A DNA stretch of 8,620 nucleotides, taken from positions 1 through 8,620 of the forward strand of contig JADGIF010000435.1 in the NCBI GenBank assembly GCA_018985225.1, read 5' to 3'. Shown here piece by piece: positions 1 to 7,800 of the stretch. Made by a program: the position numbers and the translations under genes. The notes beneath the pieces were generated by a model. That model did no database searches. It had not been told where the DNA came from and worked only from the letters and a program-made list of their open reading frames with translations. Position 1 is the first letter of the stretch; the number at the start of each line of letters is the position of its first letter. This DNA is from Amoeboradix gromovi X-113. Taxonomy: Eukaryota > Fungi > Sanchytriomycota.

Positions 1-146
1 TTATTCTCCTTTCATACTCGTCAACTCCGCAACTAGCTGAATGTCCACTCGCCTCTTAAATCCATAAAGTAATAAAGCTGAAATAATGTTCAAGTTGTTA
101 CAGAAAGTTAGTCCAGTTTTTATATTTGATGTCCCCATTGTAAAAC

Positions 147-740
147 ATGCATTCGAGATATACAATCCATTCAACTTGCTTATTGGAAACAGTCAACGGC
201 AACAGCAAAACCGGCTATCTCATAGGCAGTGGTACTGAGATTATGACCTGCAGCTCTTTCAAGCAGGCTGAACTAATTAAACAAGTTTGGCCAAATCAAG
301 ACGTTATTGGCATTTTTTATTCTGGTATGCTGGACGATTCGAAAGTCAGACCAAACCTTTTATTTTTTAACACCACTAATTATGAACTACATACCTCAGA
401 CAATGTTCCTCTGGAATATACTATAATCTCGACAAAGACTGAACAAGCAGCTATCAACTCGTGTGATACGAGTGATAATACTGAAAGGCTGGAGTTTGCG
501 TTGACCAGGTACAAATCTGAATTGATTTCATCTTCCAATAATCCTGATAATATAAGTCATTTAAAGTCTATCGTTGATCCCTGTTCTGATGACAAACTAC
601 AGGAATATTGCGCTAACCTAGAGTCTCTTATTGAATGCAATATTGCAACTGTACTATTATCTCAAACTCAAGATATTGTTGATAACATGGCGCAATTAAA
701 GATGAGCCAACCCACTAAAAGATTTCGAAAGAATAAATAG
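147..740 (+). CDS. CSN6: Reduced MPN-domain protein, most like COP9 signalosome subunit 6 (197 aa)
   Basis: IHSTCLL...GYLIG...EIMTC fits an MPN N-terminus. ELIKQVWPNQDVIGIFY resembles the CSN6 motif EQFKQVF(x)4FLGWY, and YTIISTKTEQAAI resembles YTLATEEAERIGV. The C-terminal helix ECNIATVLLSQTQDIVDNM resembles the CSN6 tail. Start context is AAACATG. Recognised by eye; eIF3f and Rpn8 are not formally excluded. Confidence 0.6.
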   Translation: MHSRYTIHSTCLLETVNGNSKTGYLIGSGTEIMTCSSFKQAELIKQVWPNQDVIGIFYSGMLDDSKVRPNLLFFNTTNYELHTSDNVPLEYTIISTKTEQAAINSCDTSDNTERLEFALTRYKSELISSSNNPDNISHLKSIVDPCSDDKLQEYCANLESLIECNIATVLLSQTQDIVDNMAQLKMSQPTKRFRKNK

Positions 741-753
741 CCTACATTTATTA
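732..753. terminator. Back-to-back candidate polyadenylation signals at the convergent CSN6/PRP16 stops
   Basis: Plus strand: AATAAA 732-737 directly before TAG 738-740. Minus strand: TAATAAATGT with AATAAA (752-747) overlapping the PRP16 stop. Only 10 nt separate the two stops. Confidence 0.55.
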
Positions 754-3450
754 AAAGTACTTTTTTTTCTTTCTTGTTTTAATTCCGGCTTTCTTGTTGG
801 ATTCAAATTCTATTATTTCGTCGTCCTTTTCCAGTTTTTTATTTGGGCCTGTAAAGGTCATAGGCGTTATATTCATATTTTTGACACTAAAGAACCTTGA
901 GCCCATCTCTGCCAACCAAATAGGGTTGACACTTGTTATGGTTTGCATGTATTCCTTCGAGGTGTATAATAATTCATGGTACACAATATAGTCTGGCAAT
1001 GCACCTAGACTAGATATTGCACTGGTAGGATGCACAAAACAGCTTACACCGCTTCTCATGTTCATATATTCACTCAGTGTCTTCATTCTTGCTGTATGGT
1101 GGAAATACGCACTGCAAATTGTTTTGCGTACTAAATCTAAGTTGTATCCGCAGGATGTAATATCAAACCTATTTTTCTTAAGCAAATCAGTTAGCTGTTC
1201 TTTAATTTCTTTAGCCTTCCGAAGCGGTTTAGAATGTAAAAAGTGCTTAATACACCATGACTCTTTTTGATTATTCTTAATAAATTGCTGATATACATTT
1301 AGCATAGTTAAATGATCAGATTCAGGGACGTAAAACTTTTCTCTTATGGCATCTGCTTCCTCAGCCCGTTCTTTAGGTCTATAGAATACATGAGGGACAC
1401 TAAGCATTGATACTATAATTAAAACTTCGTTTAAACATTTTAAGTGATTAGCCATTACAAGCATTTTGGACAATGATGGTTCTAAAGGAAATTCCACCAT
1501 TAAGTTCCCTATTTCGGTTAATTCCTGAGCATCGTCGATGGCTCCTAGCAGCCACAATTGATGCAATGAGTTTAAGATTGAATCTTTGGGTGGAGCGTCC
1601 ATGAAATCGAAATCAAATACATTCTTGATGTTGAGTGACTTCAGTAGCAATATCACATTAGCAAGATTCGTTCTTTGTATCTCTGGTATGGTATTAACTA
1701 GCAACTCCTTTTGAAATTGTATTTCAGTATACAGTCTATAGCAATATCCCGCTGTAGTTCTACCAGCCCTACCGCTTCTTTGATTAGCATTGGCTTGTGA
1801 AACAGGAGTTACTTGCAATGTGTCTATACCTAGGCGAGGATTGAATACTTTTAACTTACTATAACCCGAATCAATTACATACTTAACACCGTCTACAGTT
1901 AAACTAGTCTCTGCAATATTTGTAGCTACTATTACTTTACGGTTATCGGATTTAAGAAATATTTTAGCCTGCAAGTCCGATGGTAGCTGGGAATAAATTG
2001 GTAAAATATCCAACTTAGGAGCATCTTCCATTCTTGACAGTCTCTCATTCATTGCATAACAAGTAGCTTGAATATCTTCCTGACCGGTTAGAAAAATTAA
2101 TATATCGCCAGGTCCTAGTGTCAAATGAATAGTTAACGCTTGTTTGACAGCAGACTCGACATAATCCTGGGTAGGTGACTTTGTGTAAAATATTTCAACG
2201 GGGAATGTTCTACCAGGTATGGTGTATATTGGACTATGCGAGAAGAACTTTGAGAATGCAGCAGCATTCATAGTTGCAGAGGTTACAATTAGTTTGAAAT
2301 CCAGCCTTTTGGAACTAAGTTGCTTTAACACGCCCATTAAGACATCAGTGTTAAGATTCCTTTCATGCGCTTCATCTAATATTACAACAGAGTACTGGTT
2401 GACCAGTTCATTTTTCAAGCATTCTCTCAGTAAGATACCATCGGTCATAAATTTAATCCGAGTTTTATCTGTAGTCTCATCTTCAAACCTGATAGAATAA
2501 CCGACTTCCTCCCCTAGAACAACATCCATCTCATCGGCTACTCGTTTAGCTACACTAAGAGCAGCAACTCTTCTGGGTTGGGTAATTCCAATCATTCCAT
2601 GCTTTGCGTATCCATCTTCGTATAGATACTGGGCTAGTTGAGTAGTTTTGCCGCTTCCTGTTTGTCCAACAATCACTATTATTTGGTTTTCACGAATAAT
2701 CTGCATTAACTCAGACCTTACTGCAAATATTGGTAAATAGCATCGCTGTTGCTTCATTGTATTTCTCAAGGCAAATTCGCTGGTAGCTTGGGACTGCTTT
2801 TCCATGAGATTAATAAACTTCTTTTCTTGCTGCACTGATTCCTCATTTTCTTCCACTCCAACAATTTTACCCATTCGTGTACCTGTTAGATCATGTTTAG
2901 ACGATTTTGCAATCTCCTGCTCTTCTCTCTTTCTAATTACAAGTTTCGATCCTTTTCTTGCGAGCATGCTCATGTCAGATTTAGCGTCTTTAACAACACT
3001 AATCATGTCCATTTGTTTAATCACTGAGTCTTTTAAAAAATTAGGTACAGAATCATGGACTATAACATGAAGTCTATCTTCCTCGTCTTCTTTCTCAGCT
3101 AAGCGTTTGGAAAGGCCACTGTTTGCTAGTCTATTTTCTTCCCATTTATCTTGCTCATGTTCATAAAGCTTTTGGTGTATTGACTTTTTTTGTTCATATT
3201 CAGTATATGGATGATTCTGCTCATCGAAAACATCCTCACCATACCATTCTCGATCGATAAGTACTTCTTCAAGTTCGTTCTTATCAGCGCTCTCATCAAT
3301 ATCGTATTCGCCATAAGTTTTTAATGTGAGCGCGTTATAAACTTCTTCACCGTTGAGTTTACAACTATTGATGTAGTTGATAAATTTATCCTTATTGTTC
3401 AAAAGGCTCAATGCATATTGGGTATCTTCAAGTTTCTTGAGAATCTCCAT
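751..3450 (-). CDS. PRP16: Pre-mRNA splicing DEAH-box RNA helicase Prp16/DHX38 (899 aa from first ATG)
   Basis: Helicase motifs GQTGSGKTT, TQPRRVAA, DEAH, SAT, TNIAETSLT and QRSGRAGR. Prp16-type features: DREWY, KWEENRL, KD.xSDM..LARKGS and LPIYSQLPSDLQAKIF. The ORF-track start at 3504 is TTG; the first ATG is at 3450-3448. Confidence 0.93.
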   Translation of the reverse strand: MEILKKLEDTQYALSLLNNKDKFINYINSCKLNGEEVYNALTLKTYGEYDIDESADKNELEEVLIDREWYGEDVFDEQNHPYTEYEQKKSIHQKLYEHEQDKWEENRLANSGLSKRLAEKEDEEDRLHVIVHDSVPNFLKDSVIKQMDMISVVKDAKSDMSMLARKGSKLVIRKREEQEIAKSSKHDLTGTRMGKIVGVEENEESVQQEKKFINLMEKQSQATSEFALRNTMKQQRCYLPIFAVRSELMQIIRENQIIVIVGQTGSGKTTQLAQYLYEDGYAKHGMIGITQPRRVAALSVAKRVADEMDVVLGEEVGYSIRFEDETTDKTRIKFMTDGILLRECLKNELVNQYSVVILDEAHERNLNTDVLMGVLKQLSSKRLDFKLIVTSATMNAAAFSKFFSHSPIYTIPGRTFPVEIFYTKSPTQDYVESAVKQALTIHLTLGPGDILIFLTGQEDIQATCYAMNERLSRMEDAPKLDILPIYSQLPSDLQAKIFLKSDNRKVIVATNIAETSLTVDGVKYVIDSGYSKLKVFNPRLGIDTLQVTPVSQANANQRSGRAGRTTAGYCYRLYTEIQFQKELLVNTIPEIQRTNLANVILLLKSLNIKNVFDFDFMDAPPKDSILNSLHQLWLLGAIDDAQELTEIGNLMVEFPLEPSLSKMLVMANHLKCLNEVLIIVSMLSVPHVFYRPKERAEEADAIREKFYVPESDHLTMLNVYQQFIKNNQKESWCIKHFLHSKPLRKAKEIKEQLTDLLKKNRFDITSCGYNLDLVRKTICSAYFHHTARMKTLSEYMNMRSGVSCFVHPTSAISSLGALPDYIVYHELLYTSKEYMQTITSVNPIWLAEMGSRFFSVKNMNITPMTFTGPNKKLEKDDEIIEFESNKKAGIKTRKKKKYF

Positions 3451-4012
3451 GTTTGTTGATCCATCAAATACATTACTGCCAGAGGAACTACATACAATAG
3501 CCAAGGACAGTATAGTGAGATGTATACCAAACGCTGATATTGAAGAGCACTACACTTTGTTCCGCAAATATGGTCCGTTTAAATCTAATGTACCATGCGA
3601 GATGCCTTTGTTCATGGCGTTGCAACTGAAAGTAAATATAGAAATTTCATTGTATTATACGAATCAAGATCTGGATAAACTGCTGAAGTTGGAAAAGAGC
3701 AAAGATGAGCTGAATCTCCTTCCCCATAAACACTTTTTTGAGATTGGGTTCATTTTAGACCATAATATCAAAAAGCTCAACGATTTGAGAAACATGAGAT
3801 TTGATAAGATGATGCGGCTGATTAAAAAGATGCACCCTAACCTAATCCAGATGGGAAGCCCCACATCTTATGAAATCAATCTGATAAGACCACTTATTAT
3901 GCCATTAATGGCCTACTTACACTATGCGAATCCTGGAAATGTCGAGGATCTGACTGCTGCTAATGTTAAAAAGAAATATAATGATATCGTCTCAAAGATT
4001 CAAGAAGAGTAA
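3449..4012 (+). CDS. PSF2: DNA replication GINS complex subunit Psf2 (187 aa)
   Basis: LPEELHTIA...VRCIPN...YGPFKSNVPCEMPLFMALQLK matches the Psf2 pattern (PEE..F.A...I.P...GPF....P.EVPLWLAL.LK). LP..HFFEIG, DLRNMRFDK and T.YEIN.IRP are also typical of Psf2. The ORF-track start at 3377 is TTG; the first ATG is at 3449. Confidence 0.87.
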   Translation: MFVDPSNTLLPEELHTIAKDSIVRCIPNADIEEHYTLFRKYGPFKSNVPCEMPLFMALQLKVNIEISLYYTNQDLDKLLKLEKSKDELNLLPHKHFFEIGFILDHNIKKLNDLRNMRFDKMMRLIKKMHPNLIQMGSPTSYEINLIRPLIMPLMAYLHYANPGNVEDLTAANVKKKYNDIVSKIQEE

Positions 4013-4020
4013 ATAAATGT
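4010..4020 (+). terminator. Candidate polyadenylation signal overlapping the PSF2 stop
   Basis: TAAATAAATGT: stop 4010-4012, AATAAA 4012-4017. The same AATAAATGT 9-mer occurs at the PRP16 stop. Confidence 0.55.
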
Positions 4021-4165
4021 TTTACACTATAGATCTATCTTAATTAACTTAGAAATACCAATTCGAAGATGCCAGTGCTTTGTGACAACTCGACATTTAA
4101 ATGCTTTCGAGACCAATAATTGCTGATTTATTCCATGGGTTCAAAAAAATTTGTTTTCATAGTTC

Positions 4166-4300
4166 ATCGCGAACACTCCAACTCTATTGTTTAGTTGAAT
4201 AAATCATTTATCGCGAGTTTGTATGCATTTTTGTATAATTTCATGACTTTTCCAGATTTTCGCAACAGCTTAAATGCTCGATATTCTTTATCTTCGCAAA
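4166..4300 (+). repeat. Four same-orientation WTCGCRA motifs in the putative element left end
   Basis: ATCGCGA at 4166 and 4210; TTCGCAA at 4259 and 4293; all within ~28% GC sequence upstream of the tnpA ATG. Confidence 0.4.
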
Positions 4301-4306
4301 TAGTAA

Positions 4307-4402
4307 ATGGAATCTAAAGAAATAACTAATAGTTGTAGTATACATTCATCAACACCGAGGAACTGGTCCAAACATGGAAGAATTAGATGTCTTTCAATGC
4401 CT
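4307..4402 (+). pseudogene. tnpA: 5' fragment of IS607-family serine recombinase TnpA (MerR-like HTH only)
   Basis: Not in the ORF track. ATG 4307 gives MESKEITNSCSIHSSTPRNWSKHGRIRCLSMP, resembling the IS607 TnpA pattern KE....GVH.STLRNW...G+IRC...PGG. The conserved Leu appears as Pro (CCG 4355-4357). The catalytic domain is absent. Confidence 0.68.
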
Positions 4403-4726
4403 AGACAGTGATATCTGCACAATTTATTCAAGGAACGCTTGAAGTTCAAGTGCAAACAAAGAGGAAAGACGATAATCGAATGTTATGAACCATTTACTAG
4501 TCAGACATGTACAAGTCGTGGTACTCTAAAGAAAACCAACTTAGAAACTTACACCTGTACAAAGTGTCATTTGGAAGTAGATAGAGACCATATGGCAGCA
4601 AGGAACATGTACATCAAGTATCTGCGTCCTTATTCAATCCCGCCTCTGGGTAGTGAAAGCGTGAGCAACCACCGTAACGGATTCACTGGCACTGCTAGCT
4701 TCTCAGTGGAAATTCTCGATTTTTAA
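4403..4726 (+). pseudogene. tnpB: 3' fragment of Fanzor2 / IS607-type TnpB RNA-guided nuclease (zinc ribbon plus RuvC-III)
   Basis: RQ*YLHNLFKERLKFKCKQRGKTIIECYEPFTSQTCTSRG...YTCTKCHLEVDRDHMAARNMYIKYL fits the pattern F..RLK.K....G.......E.YTS.TC..CG...Y.C..C....DRD.NAARNI. Signs of decay: TGA at 4409-4411, second Zn-ligand Cys replaced by Arg (CGT 4517-4519), and RuvC-I plus N-terminal domains missing. Confidence 0.85.
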
Positions 4727-4768
4727 GAAATCAGGACTTTTAACGAGGAGCACATCTACTTTAAACTC
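4610..4768 (+). ncRNA. Candidate Fanzor/TnpB omegaRNA (scaffold to ~4748, guide in flank ~4749-4768)
   Basis: Position at the 3' end of tnpB is as expected. 4621-4710 is 48/90 GC versus ~28% at 4141-4260. Several stems are visible, e.g. TTCA..CCC/GGG..TGAA 4633-4657, CACTG/CAGTG 4690-4708 and GATTT/AAATC 4718-4732. Confidence 0.5.
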
Positions 4769-4850
4769 AGGTTCTAAAACTAACAATTACCTGAATGTTT
4801 TAGCTTGTCTCACAAGTATTATGTAATGCATAAAGACAAACTCGTGTTTA

Positions 4851-7800
4851 CTAACTTAAATCTTGATTTTCGTTTCTTATTATATGCGTTATTTCTCTTC
4901 TATTCTCCAGCCATTCTAAAAAAGTGGTCTCCATAGTATCTAAGCAATAATCGCAGAACACAATCAAAAAGAAGTATCTAATTAAGTAATTCTTAGTTAT
5001 TTGATAGAGTTGTTTATATTGAGTATTCTCTAGTTCTACCTGTCTTAATTTGCACTTGTATGTGTAAATGACTTCCCTCAAATTCTGCATGTGTTGATTT
5101 GAATCTATTGCAGTATCTACAATGTTCTTTGCCAGTTTTCCGTGGTTAAGCACGCTTGATAACTGCAATATGATTCTGTATTCTCCTCGCAATAGATGGC
5201 TTTCTTCCACATCATCTTCGTGAACACTTAGAGGCAAGGATTTGTATTCATCTGGATTCTGCTTAACCATTTTCAGTATACACCCTATGATCATTCCTGT
5301 TGTCGTTCTGCCTCTGCCTAAATTAATAATTGATACCCATTTGGCAATTAAACACCAATTCGTTATCTGCACCAGACTGAATTCGCGCTAGTAGCAAATC
5401 AAACACTTGAGGAATAGGTGCTTGTTCGTCGGTAATTGGTATTCTCAGATAGTCCACTCTGTAGCCCTGTTTTATTATTCTATCAAACATCTCGGTAGGT
5501 GTGTTAATGTCATCTTTTGTAATAGTCTGCCAAACTGCGTTTATAGTGAAACCTGTATCTGTCAAAACTTCCTCGTGCAGTAATACTCTGCCACCATATC
5601 TCACAAGCTCTTGCTGGATATCAATCTTCATGTTTGACTCCATCAACTCTACCCTTTCTTTAGCTATTCCAGTTATTTCCAAATTTTTCAATGGTTCGTG
5701 AAACTCCCTCAATACATACGGTTTATCTAAAACATAGATCACCGGTTCTTCTCTTAATGAAGTCCAATAAACAGGCTTATTAATTTTGTTCAAAACGGAT
5801 TTAATCCCTTCATAAGTGGGCATAGCAAGTCCGTATATATTTCTGCTGTAATCTGAACTTCTGTAATTGGGTGCACCCTCTATTCTATCCATTAAACTCA
5901 GCTTCTGACAGCCAGGAAAGCAGTCATCTTTTAATATTGTGTTTTGAGCCAATACCTGACCGTTTCTATTTAGCACTACATTTAATACTTCATTTGTCAA
6001 CGCCAATCCATCTCCTGGTAATATTTGCTCAACCGGAATTAGATCAGCAATAGTTTTAGGCGATTTAAACATCTGCAATATTTCTACATGATCATGCAAC
6101 CAGGTACCAAACGGTATCAGCTCTTTATAGCTCTGGTGCGGTTGGTTTTGATCCAAGTATGCCGAAAATACAATTAATATAAAATATCTTTGCAAGTTCA
6201 ATATTCCTTTATTTATGTAATCCAACCTCAGTTCATCATTATTCGTGGATTCTGCCTCGATCCTGTATTTGTCTATAGATTGTCTGATATTAAGCAACTG
6301 TCCCACGCTATCTATAGTTGAATCTACTATTCTTTTTAACTCTAGACCATTTCTTATTACCCTAAGTAATGCATGAATAGACTTAAAGTTAGTTACAACA
6401 GGTGGGTCACTTACCAAGGCGTCTCTGTTTATATCATGCATGGATGAAGAGGATGGTGAAACGTTATTATTTTGCCAATTCATAACAAGAGTGGCAGTAA
6501 CTAGCACCATTGTAGACCTACCTACACCCATTTGACAGTTAACTACAAACGTACCTTGATTGTTGATAAGCACATTAACTAATTCATCAAAATCATTCTC
6601 TTGTGGGTAGTTTTCAGCTGTTATTGGAATTCTGAAATATTTGATATTGCTAAACACCTGTCTAGCCGTCAATACGTTGTCATCCCCAACATCTTCCCAC
6701 TTACTTACTATCACATTGTTACACTCAGTGTGAAGTAATATTTGCTTGTCAAACTGCTGCAACTCTTTGATCACATCCAGCTTCAGTCGTTGCTCCATCA
6801 TTTCTAGCCTAGTTGAATTAATTCCGCTAAATGTGATGTTTCTCAAATTGCTGCTTTGATCTCTTAGCACATATGGCAACCCATTGATGTATATTAAAGG
6901 CTCTTCCCGTACATTAATCCATATTATATCGTTTTGTGGGAAATCCAATTTCAATTCATTAATAATATAAGATAAACCCTTGCATGTAGGTTGTGCTGTA
7001 CCATAAAGTGAATACCCGGGTACTTTCCTAAAATTCGTAACAAATGGTGAATTGCTAATTAACGTATTGGTAACAGTGTTAGCAGAAGCCCAAAAGTCCT
7101 GTTTCAATATGGTGTTAGGCCCCAAAATGGCACCACTTCTATTTCGAACGCAGTACATATCTGCATCATCAGCAGTATTCTTTGTGGTTGTTAGCGCGCT
7201 TAGATTATGTATAGGCTTATATAATTCAATATCAGTTGAATTTGGAAATATTGAATAAATTTCCGGTCTATTATTCAGCCATTTACTAAATGATTCATTG
7301 TGTGTGTTTGTGGTGATATATGACATCGTGACCATTAATGCATAGTATCTCTCCAATTGAGCCTTGCCCTTATATAAATCAACTTCGCTATGAGTAGTAA
7401 AGTACCTGATACGATAAAATAAGATTCTGTCGCGAATGTTAACTATTGAATCACATTCATCAATTAGATCATCCACAAACTTCTTGATCTCTAAGCCCTT
7501 ATCTAGTATTCGAATTAAATCAACTATAACCTGATAATTACCAGCTACAGCGTTTATCAGATTCTCTAGTAAATGCTGCTTAGTTATAGCAAATTGTATG
7601 GCACTAGCTTGCAGTCCCTCTTCTAAAACCTTCATCAACTTAATAATAGATCTATGTTGGTACTCAGTCTCCTTGAGTAACTCATTCAAAGATTCATGAT
7701 GACCAGCAATTGGGGTTTGCTCTTTAGTTTTGGCTTTGCGGATCATCAAAGCAATCGCCATACAAAAAGTCGTACGAGAAGCACCTATGCCACAGTTGAT

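Larger units (their letters stand above)
4140..4748 (+). mobile_element. Non-autonomous, internally deleted IS607-like / Fanzor2 element (boundaries inferred)
   Basis: Contains a TnpA-like HTH fragment, then a TnpB/Fanzor C-terminal fragment, then a structured GC-rich tail, which is the IS607 gene order. Ends were placed at GG dinucleotides: TGGG 4136-4139 (the only plus-strand GG between 4013 and 4306) and GAGG 4745-4748. Confidence 0.7.

Noticed and set aside
98-149. Second shared-CATG pair at the CSN6 start (CATG 146-149)
   Set aside because: The minus frame stops after 16 codons (MFYNGDIKYKNWTNFL*). Removing a candidate 24-nt GT-AG (101-78) still hits a stop within a few codons.
794-3314. 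Track ORFs 794-991, 1058-1270, 2219-2500, 2804-3070 and 3126-3314
   Set aside because: Antisense or alternate-frame shadows of the conserved PRP16 CDS with no recognisable motifs.
3377-3504. 128-nt antisense coding overlap of PRP16 and PSF2 implied by the ORF track
   Set aside because: Both extensions start at TTG (3377 and 3504), show no family similarity, and are unnecessary in a eukaryote. The first ATGs overlap only at 3449-3450.
3664-3864. 66-aa minus-strand ORF
   Set aside because: Antisense shadow of PSF2.
4439-4726. Functional stand-alone 95-aa zinc-finger protein or active nuclease
   Set aside because: TTG start, homology extends upstream past it, a Zn-ligand Cys is lost, and RuvC-I is absent. 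It is best read as a Fanzor/TnpB remnant.
4774-4790. Intron-like 17-mer on the minus strand (GTAATTGTTAGTTTTAG), and a possible host gene split by the element
   Set aside because: Splicing it, with or without removing the element, yields only short ORFs with no recognisable similarity.
4767-4839. Short inverted repeats (TCAGGT/ACCTGA; TTGTCT/AGACAA)
   Set aside because: 6-bp stems are expected by chance, and there is no supporting context.
4851-5372. Separate 173-aa gene, or a programmed frameshift/sequencing error at the junction
   Set aside because: The ORF starts at GTG and begins mid-motif. A frameshift would leave extra residues inside CX5R, whereas GT-AG excision restores it exactly.
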